Origin: Bacteroidota bacterium
GTDB taxonomy: Bacteria > Bacteroidota > Bacteroidia > Cytophagales > Cyclobacteriaceae
Length of the DNA: 64,000 nucleotides
Assembly: GCA_016866235.1 (NCBI GenBank)
Contig: VGMW01000001.1
Location: 611,731-675,730, forward strand
Direction of reading: 5' to 3'
Shown here: positions 9,423 to 19,115 of the stretch, one piece after another
Layout of the letters: each line of letters begins with the position of its first letter
How positions within the stretch are numbered: position 1 is the stretch's first letter
Program-made: the position numbers and the translations under genes
The notes under the pieces: generated by a model
The model's input: the letters and a program-made list of their open reading frames with translations, nothing else
Databases searched by the model: none
What the model was told of the DNA's origin: nothing

Positions 9423-12400
9423 ATGCGTTTACTGTCGCTGCTTTTCGTTCCGATCTGTTTGCTTGCACAGCATCCGGCGCGAATCGCTACCCCCGAACAA
9501 ATCAGAGATCAGATTCGGACGGCCTTTTTAAGGGCTGAATACCAGAAGGTGCTCAGTCTTCAGGATGAACATCGCTTTTCTGCCCATTTCAGCATCGATG
9601 ATGAGGAGATGAATTTCTACAAAGCCTCATCGGCTGCGAGGCTGCTTCAAGCGGACGGTGAGAAAAATTTGAAAATTTTTCTTGACCACTACACCAACTC
9701 TGCATACTCAGATTTAGCCAAAGTCGAACTGGGCATTTGGTACCACCACAGGGGAAATTTTGATGCCTCTGCCGATTGGTTCGGCAGGGCTGATTTCCGT
9801 GCCCTCAAACCTGAGGACCGGGTACGTGCCAGGTTTCTATGGGGATATGGATACTTCAGCCAGAAAAAATTAAAGGAGAGCCTTAGTCAATTCAATCAGG
9901 TTAAACTTTCTGATGGTGCTTATGGACCTGCGGCATCCTATTATGCTGGTTTCGCTGAGTTTTATGAGGGAGATGTTGTAACCTCTTTGGCAGATCTTCG
10001 GAGAATTGAAAATGTAGATTCCTACAGCAGGGTAGTGCCCCATCTTATCGCTCAGATTCTAAACAAACTCGGAAGTGATGATGAATTGCTCAAATACATC
10101 GCTACCGTGGAAAATAAATCTGGTCTTCAAAATGCCGCAGAGATTAAGTTGCTGGGTGCCGAGGCGAATTTCAGAAAAGGGAATTTCAGCAGTGCTCTTG
10201 CTGGCTACCAGGCTTACCTGAAGTCAATGGCCCAAAAAGATAAAAGCATTCTTTTCCGGGCCGGTCTCTCAGGCTACCGCACGGGCTCTTATAATACTGC
10301 CATCGATTACCTCAAAAAAGTTGCTTCCGATAAGGATTCTTTGGGGCGACATGCATCCTATTACCTGGCTGCTGGTTACCTGCGTCAGGGCCAAAAGCAA
10401 CTCGCGCTGACGGCCTTTCAATCCGCCAGGTCTGGAATGGAGCAGGGAGATATGTTTCAGGAGTGTTCCTATCAGGAAGGCAAGCTTTTGTATGAATTGG
10501 GAAGACCCGATGAGGCCATAACGGCGATGGAGGACTTTACGTCTAAATATCCGGATAACCTTCATGTTCAGGAAATCAGGGAATTACTTTCAGGTGCCTA
10601 CGTTAATGCAAGCAACTACCACAAGGCCATTGAGCATATTGAAAAACTTCAGAAGCGAACAGCTGCAACCGATAAAGCTTATCAAAAGGCAACGCTCTTT
10701 AATGGCTATGAATTTTATAATAAAGCCGATTACACCGGTGCCAAATCTTATTTTGATAAATCGCTTACCGTGCCTCAGGATCCCGCATTGGCGGCAGAGG
10801 CGCACTTATGGCTAGGGGAGATTGCATCCGTTGAGGGTAAACTTGAAGAGGCTATTGCCTCCTATGAAAAGGTGGTTACCAACACAAGTAGTCCAGAGGC
10901 AACCTTGTTAAGGGCACGTTATGGTATGGGTTATGCCATGTTTAATCTTCGCTCTTATGAAAAGGCTCTTTTTAATTTCAGAGAATTTGTAAAACGTGCA
11001 CCCGACAACCACACCTATTTTCCCGATGCTCTCATTCGTTTTGGCGACTGTCTCTATGCCACCAAAGCCTATGCAGAGGCTTACAGTCAGTATCGGAGGG
11101 CAGTTCAAATTGGAAGGGTTGCTGTTGATTATGCCAAAATGCAATCGGGCATTATGCTTGGAATACTGCGTAGGTATGTTGAGGGAATAGACATGCTGAG
11201 CCAGGTTATCAAAGGATATCCAGGTTCAGTTTATTGGGATGAGGCTATGTTCCACAGATCGCAGCTCGAATTTGAACAAAGTCGGTACGGCGATGCGAGG
11301 GACGGTTACACGTTCTTGATTGACTCTAAGCCAACCTCAAGATTTGTTCCCTTCGCTAAGGTGCGCAGAGCTGCATCAAACTTTAATTTAAAGGCATACA
11401 GTCTCACGGCCGATGATTACATATCGGTCATAAAAGATTTTCCAGGCCACCCAGCCGGTGACGACATCCTTTTACCATTGCAGGAGGCGCTTGAACTCGC
11501 TGGAAGGGGATCAGAGTTTGATCAGTATTTACAACTATATCGAGAACAAAACCCTGATGCGAGAGGCATTGAAACTGTCGAATTTGAACGTGCAAAATCC
11601 TATTATTTTAATCAGCAATATTCCGATGCGGTTCGCTCCCTTTCAGGTTACCTATCCCGTTATCCGGAAAGTCCACGAATTTCTGAGGCCAGATTCTATC
11701 TGGCTGAGACGCATTATCGTCTGAAGGATTATACTGCTGCCCTGCCCGTCTATCAGCTGCTTTCCTCCGATCGTAGTTTCGCCAGCGCCAATCGTGTGGC
11801 TGCACGTTTGGCTGAAATTCATTTCCGTGCAGGTAGGTATGAGGAGGCATTACTGGCCTATAGGGCTTTACTCTCGCTCGCTACCTCGCCAAAGGACAAA
11901 GCAACGGCCTGGACAGGAATTATGGAGACGTCCTTTTTTACCGGTTCTTATGATTCAGCAATGATGTATGCAGAACGCATCCTCAGCGATGAATCAGTAG
12001 GTGTGGTCCAAAAGAATAAGGCTGGCCTGATGACCGGAAAAGTGTATCAATCTAAAGGTGATTTTGAAAAAGCACAGGATGCTTTTTTGTCTACAATAAA
12101 CGATGCGCAGGATGAGTCTGGCGCGGAGGCTTCCTACCATTTTGCCGAAATTCAGTTTGCATTAAAAAATCATCAGCAGTGTTATGAAACGGTGATTGCC
12201 ATGAACCGTGATTTTGGAAATTATCCAGAATGGGTTGGGAGAGGATTTTTATTGTTGGCTGAAAGCTTTGCTGCTTCCGGGGAAGTGTTCCAGGCCAAAG
12301 CCACGTTAAAATCATTAGAAAAATTTCCGCTTAATCACATTCGAGATCAGGCAATTCGACAGTTGAGGTTGCTTGAGCAGGAGGAGTCGAAGAAAAATAA

Positions 12401-12434
12401 CGTACCCACCGACAGCACCCAAAATGAGCATTAA
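9423..12434 (+). CDS. large secreted tetratricopeptide-repeat protein
   Basis: About 1003 aa from ATG 9423 (track: TTG 9420). Signal peptide MRLLSLLFVPICLLAQ. TPR/BamD-like repeat periodicity is visible by eye along the whole length. Confidence 0.8.
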   Translation: MRLLSLLFVPICLLAQHPARIATPEQIRDQIRTAFLRAEYQKVLSLQDEHRFSAHFSIDDEEMNFYKASSAARLLQADGEKNLKIFLDHYTNSAYSDLAKVELGIWYHHRGNFDASADWFGRADFRALKPEDRVRARFLWGYGYFSQKKLKESLSQFNQVKLSDGAYGPAASYYAGFAEFYEGDVVTSLADLRRIENVDSYSRVVPHLIAQILNKLGSDDELLKYIATVENKSGLQNAAEIKLLGAEANFRKGNFSSALAGYQAYLKSMAQKDKSILFRAGLSGYRTGSYNTAIDYLKKVASDKDSLGRHASYYLAAGYLRQGQKQLALTAFQSARSGMEQGDMFQECSYQEGKLLYELGRPDEAITAMEDFTSKYPDNLHVQEIRELLSGAYVNASNYHKAIEHIEKLQKRTAATDKAYQKATLFNGYEFYNKADYTGAKSYFDKSLTVPQDPALAAEAHLWLGEIASVEGKLEEAIASYEKVVTNTSSPEATLLRARYGMGYAMFNLRSYEKALFNFREFVKRAPDNHTYFPDALIRFGDCLYATKAYAEAYSQYRRAVQIGRVAVDYAKMQSGIMLGILRRYVEGIDMLSQVIKGYPGSVYWDEAMFHRSQLEFEQSRYGDARDGYTFLIDSKPTSRFVPFAKVRRAASNFNLKAYSLTADDYISVIKDFPGHPAGDDILLPLQEALELAGRGSEFDQYLQLYREQNPDARGIETVEFERAKSYYFNQQYSDAVRSLSGYLSRYPESPRISEARFYLAETHYRLKDYTAALPVYQLLSSDRSFASANRVAARLAEIHFRAGRYEEALLAYRALLSLATSPKDKATAWTGIMETSFFTGSYDSAMMYAERILSDESVGVVQKNKAGLMTGKVYQSKGDFEKAQDAFLSTINDAQDESGAEASYHFAEIQFALKNHQQCYETVIAMNRDFGNYPEWVGRGFLLLAESFAASGEVFQAKATLKSLEKFPLNHIRDQAIRQLRLLEQEESKKNNVPTDSTQNEH

Positions 12435-14079
12435 CCGAATTAAACAATCGTTGGACTCATTGGTCGGTAAAATTTTTCTTGCCGGATTTATTCTGTTTGC
12501 TGGTCAGGCAGCTGCTCAAATACCCGATGTTGAAGTCCAGATTGTGAATCCGTTAAAAGTTACGCTCCCCCTGTTCGAAAGAAATTTTGAATTGGCACCG
12601 ATAACGCCGCCTACACCTGTCTATCCGCCTTTGGTTTATGAGATAAGGGAAGTCCCTTTCCGTGGTCCTGAGTTCACGCCCTCCATTAAACCATTGAAAT
12701 TGAAGGTTGGTGAGACTGAGAATAAAACGGAAGGCACAGCATCCATCGGTTTTGGAAATTACCTCTCTCCATTGGCAGATCTTTATGTGCCCCTCATCAG
12801 AAAAGAGAAGTCAAGTCAATACGCCAGCATACGCGCTTTCCACAACAGTTATTTACGTGGACCGGTGGATGGGAAAAATTCATCCTCTGCCATGACCACA
12901 GTATCGGGTGATTACCGATATACTGGTGAACGTATTTCCTTTGGAAGCATGGTTACCTACAGGGATGCAGCCAATAATTTTTATGGTTATCCGGAAGGTA
13001 CGGAGATAAACTATGCTGATGTAAGACAGTATTATCGTTCGGTTGCTGTTGGTGCCGAGTTGGCCAATGCGACCACCACCAAATATCAATTCCGGCTAAG
13101 TTCTACTTTCAGCACTCTTTGGGATCGATTTGATGCAGCTGAAACCGATTGGAAGGCTGGTTTTGAAAATCGTTTCGACTTAAAAAAATTCGGCAAACTT
13201 CATTTTAATGCACGCTATGATTTTTTAGCCAGGGAGGATGCACAGACAGATCCATCTCCGCGGAACCTTATCCGGGCAGATCTATTTCATGAGTTTGTGC
13301 CGGTGGAAAACTTCAAGATAAGATCGGGCGTAAGAGGAGCCTATGAAAATGACTTATTGACGGAAAAAGAATTTCATTTTTATCCGTTGGTCGAGTTGAA
13401 CCTGACCCTTCAAAAGTTGTGGAATATTAAGTCCTGGATACAGGGCGACGTGAAAAAAAATTCTCTGCACCTGTTATCAGCAAATAATCCATGGTTGAAC
13501 ACTGATGTGGACATCAGGCATATCAACAACAGATTGGCTGTTGGATTAGAAGGCTCTTACCGATATCCGGATGGCTTTAGATTTTTTGTGGGGTCGGAGT
13601 TTAAGGAATTCGGCGGACAATATTTTTTCACCCCTGCATTGGATGGCTCCAGATTTAACATGATTTATGATGATGCCAACCTGATCAACGCTTATGCAGG
13701 TTCAGATTATTTGAAAGGAAAGTCTGCCTTCCGGTTCAGAGCCGATTATTTCGGATGGAACACCAAAAATCTGGAAGCTGCCTATTTCAGACCGGAATGG
13801 AAGTTAGCGTTTAGCTCAAATTTTTCGATCGGGGAGAAAGTGGTGCTGGGGCCCTACGCCCATCTTCTTGCAGGAATACAAAAGTTTGATGCGGTAACGC
13901 TGGCGGTTGGTATGATGCCTGTTGTCATCGACTTGGGTGCGGATGTGCGTTATAGTTTTTCAGAGCGTGGATCGTTGTTTTTAAGGGCGACCAACCTCTT
14001 GTCACGGGAAAATGCAATTTTGTCCGGTTATCCTACCCGTGGAATTCAGGGTACGATTGGATTAACCTGGAAATTCTGA
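12424..14079 (+). CDS. putative outer-membrane beta-barrel protein
   Basis: Internal ATG 12424 gives a signal peptide (KIFLAGFILFAGQAAAQ). The sequence is Y/G/F/R-rich with an alternating pattern, and the aromatic C-terminus is GLTWKF. It overlaps the TPR gene by 11 nt. Confidence 0.55.
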   Translation: MSINRIKQSLDSLVGKIFLAGFILFAGQAAAQIPDVEVQIVNPLKVTLPLFERNFELAPITPPTPVYPPLVYEIREVPFRGPEFTPSIKPLKLKVGETENKTEGTASIGFGNYLSPLADLYVPLIRKEKSSQYASIRAFHNSYLRGPVDGKNSSSAMTTVSGDYRYTGERISFGSMVTYRDAANNFYGYPEGTEINYADVRQYYRSVAVGAELANATTTKYQFRLSSTFSTLWDRFDAAETDWKAGFENRFDLKKFGKLHFNARYDFLAREDAQTDPSPRNLIRADLFHEFVPVENFKIRSGVRGAYENDLLTEKEFHFYPLVELNLTLQKLWNIKSWIQGDVKKNSLHLLSANNPWLNTDVDIRHINNRLAVGLEGSYRYPDGFRFFVGSEFKEFGGQYFFTPALDGSRFNMIYDDANLINAYAGSDYLKGKSAFRFRADYFGWNTKNLEAAYFRPEWKLAFSSNFSIGEKVVLGPYAHLLAGIQKFDAVTLAVGMMPVVIDLGADVRYSFSERGSLFLRATNLLSRENAILSGYPTRGIQGTIGLTWKF

Positions 14080-14201
14080 TTTGAGGTCATTTTTATCTTA
14101 GTGGATAGAAGTTTATCTTTAAGTAACCTAAAACTGTGAATTATGCTTTTTAATCGAAAAGCGGAGCTCAACGTAATGATTACCTTGCTGTCATCGATCG
14201 C

Positions 14202-14546
14202 ATGATGGATCAAAAAGAGGTCAATCTGATTAAAATGATAGGAAAGGCAAATGAAATTACAGAAGAGGAAGTTGATGAGTTGATCAAGCATCCTCAAACG
14301 GTGACGAATTTGCGTTTGATGACTGAGGATGAGCGATTTGAGCACTTGTATTACCTGATATTGTTGATGAAGGCCGATGGAAGGGTCATTCGGGAGGAGA
14401 TTGCATTTTGTGAAAAAATTGCCCTGCGCCTTGGCTATGATAAGGAAGTTATCGGAGCACTTTCCCAGCACATTTACAGTGACCCGGAGATTCAAAGCGA
14501 CCGTAAAATGCTTAGGGCAAAATTTGACCGCTACCGTATCCACTGA
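14202..14546 (+). CDS. small TerB-like (tellurite-resistance TerB fold) protein
   Basis: 114 aa. The LMKADGRVIREEIAFCEKIALRLGY motif is TerB-like. It has a clear paralog at 27102-27494, which supports this strand over the antisense ORF 14046-14573. Confidence 0.55.
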   Translation: MMDQKEVNLIKMIGKANEITEEEVDELIKHPQTVTNLRLMTEDERFEHLYYLILLMKADGRVIREEIAFCEKIALRLGYDKEVIGALSQHIYSDPEIQSDRKMLRAKFDRYRIH

Positions 14547-14697
14547 CCGGACGGGGATCGCCCATGCACGCAACCAAATTGATTACGCCTTCCATGATGT
14601 TGGTAATGGCGGCTGGAATTCTGGTTTTTATGATTGTTTACCGCCTGGTTTTCCGTAAAAAATAATCTTCAAAAGAGTCGTTTCAGGGCATTAACCT

Positions 14698-14705
14698 TAT
14701 TTTTG
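14698..14705 (+). promoter_or_regulatory. -7 promoter element (TATTTTTG) for purL
   Basis: Perfect TAnnTTTG. Its G lies 18 nt upstream of ATG 14723. Confidence 0.5.
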
Positions 14706-14722
14706 GGCTCGCAACCACGCCC

Positions 14723-17700
14723 ATGATTCTTTATTTCCGAAAAGGTGACACAGCTGTTTACGCTTTAGAAATTTCTTCACCTTTTAACCCTGACCACCAG
14801 GCTCGAATGACATGGCTGCTGGGTGGTGCTACTCTGCTAGAAACTTCGAAACTGAAAGGGTTTTACCTCGGTCCACGCAAAGAGATGATAACCCCATGGA
14901 GCACCAATGCGGTTGAAATTGCTCAAAACATGGGTGTTACTGGATTGAAGAGGATTGAGCAGTTAACCCCGGTTTCCTCTGCTGATGTTCCGCACGACAG
15001 GATGTTAGAGCGTATTTATGCCGATCCTGATCAAAATGTATTTGCAATTGATCTCAAGCCTGAACCCATAAGGCACATTGCCGATATCCGTGCCTATAGT
15101 ACTTCAGAAGGTCTTGCGCTTTCCGATGAAGAAATTGAATATCTGGAATCGGTCAGCAATAAACTTGGTCGTCCATTAACCGATAGTGAAGTATTTGGAT
15201 TCAGTCAGGTAAACTCTGAGCATTGCAGGCATAAAATTTTTAACGGTACGTTTATTATCGATGGGAAAGAAAAACCATCTACCTTATTTCAACTGATCAA
15301 AAAAACTGCTCAGGTAAATCCCGGAATACTTGTTTCTGCATACAAGGACAATGTCGCCTTCGTCAAGGGTCCTGTGCTGGAGCAGTTTGCGCCAGTCAGA
15401 CAAGATGGACCTGATTTTTTTCAAATCACTGACTTTGAATCAGTCATATCCTTAAAAGCCGAGACCCATAATTTTCCAACAACAGTCGAACCGTTCAATG
15501 GAGCAGCGACAGGCAGTGGGGGGGAGATCAGGGATCGTTTGGCGGGCGGAAAGGGATCGCTTCCGCTGGCAGGTACAGCAGTATATATGACATCCTATCC
15601 ACGATTGGAAAACAATCGTCCATGGGAGCAACGCGTGCCGGAAAGGAAATGGTTGTATCAAACCCCTGCCCAAATTCTGATTAAGGCCAGTGATGGTGCC
15701 AGTGACTTTGGAAATAAGTTTGGCCAACCGCTGATCAACGGTAGTGTTTTGACCTTCGAGCATTTTGAGTCAGATAAAAAGTTTGCATTTGATAAAGTCA
15801 TCATGCTTGCCGGCGGGGTGGGTTTTGGTCGACTGCAAGACAGTAAAAAGCAAAGCTTACAACCCGGTGATAAAATTGTCCTCCTAGGTGGTGACAATTA
15901 CCGGATTGGTATGGGAGGTGGAGCAGTATCTTCTGTTGGTACAGGTGAATATGGAAATTCCATTGAGTTGAATGCCATCCAGCGTTCCAATCCTGAAATG
16001 CAAAAGAGGGTGATGAATGCCATTCGGGCCATGGTCGAATCGGACCAAAACCCGGTGGTCTCCATTCATGACCATGGTGCTGGCGGTCATTTGAATTGTT
16101 TTTCAGAGTTGTTGGAAGAGACTGGTGGTGAGATAAAGCTCGATGCACTACCCGTAGGTGATCCGACGTTATCAGACAAGGAGCTTATCAGCAATGAGTC
16201 GCAAGAGCGGATGGGCTTAGCGATGCCTACATCCAGCATTGATTTGTTAAAAAGAGTTTCTGATCGTGAGCGGGCACCAATGTTTGTTGTCGGTGAAGCC
16301 ACCGGAGACCATAAACTGATTTTCAGTAGGGGAGACCGTAAGCCGGTTGATTTGGAGGTTAGTCATTTGTTTGGCAGTTCACCAAAGACCATCCTCAACG
16401 ATACCACAGCAGTCAATCATTTTGAAGCCGCCTCATTCAGCGACGAGAAATTTCATGACTATCTATTTTCAGTTTTATCGCTAGAGGCAGTTGCCTGTAA
16501 GGATTGGTTGACCAATAAAGTTGATCGATCCGTTACCGGTAAAGTTGCCACGCAGCAAACCTGTGGATCGGTACAATTACCGCTTAACAATCTGGGTGTA
16601 ATGGCGCTTGATTTTGTTTCGAATAAGGGTGTTGCTACTGCTCTGGGTCATGCGCCTGCGGCCGCACTGGTTCATGCTGGTGCGGGAAGTAGATTGGCTG
16701 TATCCGAAGCGCTGTTGAATCTTATCTGGACGCCCTTGACCCACGGCCTTAAAGGCATTTCATTAAGTGCAAACTGGATGTGGCCTGCTAAGAACCAGGG
16801 TGAAAATGCCAGACTTTACGAAGCCGTTCAAGCCTTAAGTGATCTGGCATGCTCCTTGGGTATTAATGTGCCTACAGGGAAGGACTCGCTTTCAATGACT
16901 CAGAAGTATCCGGATGGGTCTGTCGTGGTTTCGCCAGGAACCGTAATTGTGACGGCAGTTGGTGAGTCCTCTGACATCCGTAGGACGGTTTCTCCGGCAG
17001 TACGAAAGGATGAGAATTCAGTTTTATACCGCATTGATTTTTCTGATGGTAATAATGCTATTGGCGCCTCTTCCTTGTGCCAGGTTTTAGGTGGCATCGG
17101 CGGACGTGTACCGGACGTTGCCAATGCGGAATATTTCATAAAAGCATTTGGTGTTGTTCAGGAGCTAATCAAGAGCGACCTGGTTCTCGCTGGTCATGAT
17201 GTGTCTTCCGGTGGACTGATAACCACTCTGTTGGAGATGTGTTTTTCAGAGCCTGGTTACGGAATGGAAATAACAATGGGTAGTAAGGAAACTTTGGTTG
17301 AGACTATGTTTTCTGAAAGACCGTCTATTGTTATCCAGGTAAATTCAGTCCACTCGAAAAAAGTGGAAGAGCTTCTCCATGGAATGACCGTGGGTTTTGA
17401 ATGTATTGGAAAGGTCGTTCCTGGTAATAGCATTAAACTTTCCGTGTCAGGTAAGTCGATTGATGTAGATATCGATGTCGCAAGGAAAAAGTGGTTTAAT
17501 ACCTCTTTTATGCTTGACTCCATCCAACGACCCGCGACCTATGCGACGCAAAGAGCAGAAAATTATATCAACCAGCCACTTGTCTATAATTTCGGAAAAG
17601 TATTTGATGGAAGTTTTGTAACGATGGGTGCTGATCCTCTTCGAAGGAAAAATTCTGGCGTCAAGGCTGCAATCATCAGAGAAAAAGGTGTTAATGGAGA

Positions 17701-18412
17701 TCGCGAGATGGCTTATGCCCTGTACTTGGCTGGCTTTGACGTTAAAGATGTTCACATGACTGATTTGATTTCCGGCAGGGAGGACTTACGGGAGGTGAAC
17801 ATGATTGTTTTTGTCGGAGGATTCAGTAATTCAGATGTGTTGGGTTCTGCCAAAGGTTGGGCCGGTGCATTTTTATTTAACCCTAAAGCAAAATTGGCCC
17901 TTGACAACTTCTACAAGCGCAGCGATACCCTTAGCCTTGGTGTTTGTAATGGATGTCAGCTTATGATGGAGCTGGGATTAATCTATCCTGGAATGGACAA
18001 CCATCCAGTAATGCACCACAACGGATCAGGTCGTTTTGAGTCTGCGTTTGTGAATGTATCGATCCCGGAAAACAACTCTGTCATGCTTTCAACGCTCGCT
18101 GGTCAGCGTCTTGGAGTTTGGCTGGCCCACGGTGAAGGGAAATTTACGTTGAGTAATGTGAGTGATCCCACTGTAGCAGTTCGATTCAGCTACGACCGTT
18201 ATCCTGGTAACCCTAACGATTCAGATTTAAGTGCTGCCGGATTGGTCTCTCGTGATGGCAGGCATTTGGCGATGATGCCACATCTTGAGCGTTCCATTTT
18301 CCCATGGAACTGGCCCTATTATCCGGCTGAGCATAAAAAAACCCATCAGATAAGTCCATGGATTGAAGCTTTCAAAAATGCTTACCATTGGGTTAAGGAG
18401 AAAAATCAATAA
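14723..18412 (+). CDS. purL: phosphoribosylformylglycinamidine (FGAM) synthase, single-chain large form
   Basis: 1229 aa. It is collinear with large PurL. The C-terminal glutaminase domain has GVCNGCQ and HGEG. Confidence 0.95.
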   Translation: MILYFRKGDTAVYALEISSPFNPDHQARMTWLLGGATLLETSKLKGFYLGPRKEMITPWSTNAVEIAQNMGVTGLKRIEQLTPVSSADVPHDRMLERIYADPDQNVFAIDLKPEPIRHIADIRAYSTSEGLALSDEEIEYLESVSNKLGRPLTDSEVFGFSQVNSEHCRHKIFNGTFIIDGKEKPSTLFQLIKKTAQVNPGILVSAYKDNVAFVKGPVLEQFAPVRQDGPDFFQITDFESVISLKAETHNFPTTVEPFNGAATGSGGEIRDRLAGGKGSLPLAGTAVYMTSYPRLENNRPWEQRVPERKWLYQTPAQILIKASDGASDFGNKFGQPLINGSVLTFEHFESDKKFAFDKVIMLAGGVGFGRLQDSKKQSLQPGDKIVLLGGDNYRIGMGGGAVSSVGTGEYGNSIELNAIQRSNPEMQKRVMNAIRAMVESDQNPVVSIHDHGAGGHLNCFSELLEETGGEIKLDALPVGDPTLSDKELISNESQERMGLAMPTSSIDLLKRVSDRERAPMFVVGEATGDHKLIFSRGDRKPVDLEVSHLFGSSPKTILNDTTAVNHFEAASFSDEKFHDYLFSVLSLEAVACKDWLTNKVDRSVTGKVATQQTCGSVQLPLNNLGVMALDFVSNKGVATALGHAPAAALVHAGAGSRLAVSEALLNLIWTPLTHGLKGISLSANWMWPAKNQGENARLYEAVQALSDLACSLGINVPTGKDSLSMTQKYPDGSVVVSPGTVIVTAVGESSDIRRTVSPAVRKDENSVLYRIDFSDGNNAIGASSLCQVLGGIGGRVPDVANAEYFIKAFGVVQELIKSDLVLAGHDVSSGGLITTLLEMCFSEPGYGMEITMGSKETLVETMFSERPSIVIQVNSVHSKKVEELLHGMTVGFECIGKVVPGNSIKLSVSGKSIDVDIDVARKKWFNTSFMLDSIQRPATYATQRAENYINQPLVYNFGKVFDGSFVTMGADPLRRKNSGVKAAIIREKGVNGDREMAYALYLAGFDVKDVHMTDLISGREDLREVNMIVFVGGFSNSDVLGSAKGWAGAFLFNPKAKLALDNFYKRSDTLSLGVCNGCQLMMELGLIYPGMDNHPVMHHNGSGRFESAFVNVSIPENNSVMLSTLAGQRLGVWLAHGEGKFTLSNVSDPTVAVRFSYDRYPGNPNDSDLSAAGLVSRDGRHLAMMPHLERSIFPWNWPYYPAEHKKTHQISPWIEAFKNAYHWVKEKNQ

Positions 18413-18424
18413 ATCATTTGGTAT

Positions 18425-19105
18425 ATGGATTTACGGGTGGTGAGGCTTATTGGTGTTCTGGTTTTTTTCTGCTTTAATCAATCAAACCTTATGGCGCAGA
18501 TCGTATTGTCAAAATCAGAAAATGTAAAATTTCTTGCCTTGGGGGATAGTTATACGATTGGGGAGAGTGTAGCGGAGGCAGATCGATGGCCGGAGCAACT
18601 GTCGGCTGGACTGCGCAGCAGGGGTTTTCAAATTGAAAAGCCGAAGATTATTGCTACCACAGGTTGGAGAACCGACCAACTCAAGCAGGCAATTATTGAT
18701 AGGAATCCGGGAAAGGATTTTGGTTTGGTTTCTTTGTTGATAGGTGTTAACAATCAGTATCAAAAAAAGCCAATAGAGATTTATATCAAGGAATTTGAAG
18801 AATTGTTGAAAACAGCCATTCAATCAGCGAATGGAAGGAAAGAAAGGGTTCTGGTGGTGTCTATACCCGATTACGGTTATACGCCATTTGGTGAGTCCAG
18901 ATTGCCAGACGTAAGCCGTGAGTTGGATCAATACAATGCCATCAATCGGGACTTCGCCCTAAAGTTTGGTGTAGCCTATTTCAACATCACTGAAATTTCC
19001 AGAAGAGGATTGGCAGAGCCTGAACTGGTGGCAGGCGATAAGCTCCATCCTTCCGGAAGAATGTACGCACTTTGGGTTGCGGAGATCCTTAAAAGTTTTC
19101 AGTAA
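18425..19105 (+). CDS. secreted SGNH/GDSL hydrolase
   Basis: 226 aa. Signal peptide. Block I LALGDSYTIGE, block III LIGVNN, block V DKLHPS. Confidence 0.8.
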   Translation: MDLRVVRLIGVLVFFCFNQSNLMAQIVLSKSENVKFLALGDSYTIGESVAEADRWPEQLSAGLRSRGFQIEKPKIIATTGWRTDQLKQAIIDRNPGKDFGLVSLLIGVNNQYQKKPIEIYIKEFEELLKTAIQSANGRKERVLVVSIPDYGYTPFGESRLPDVSRELDQYNAINRDFALKFGVAYFNITEISRRGLAEPELVAGDKLHPSGRMYALWVAEILKSFQ

Positions 19106-19115
19106 TTTTTATTCT

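Noticed and set aside
12373-12423. N-terminal extensions of track ORFs into the preceding gene: 12373-12423, 53148-53273, 57254-57322, 59521-59577, 39517-39561 and 62039-62083
   Set aside because: In each case an internal ATG immediately precedes a signal peptide or the conserved family N-terminus, and it removes a long overlap with the upstream gene. The longest-ORF start was therefore not used.
14046-14573. 175-aa minus-strand ORF covering the TerB-like gene
   Set aside because: The plus-strand ORF has a clear paralog elsewhere in the window (27102-27494). The minus-strand translation has no such support.
14547-14722. Possible ZTP (pfl) or purine riboswitch upstream of purL
   Set aside because: TGGCGG and CCGCCTGG could pair like the ZTP pseudoknot. 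However, the conserved GGGUCGUGAC...CCGGG core is absent, and the spacing between the elements is wrong. The segment is better explained by the 33-codon mini-ORF. A covariance-model scan (Rfam RF01750, RF00167) would settle it.
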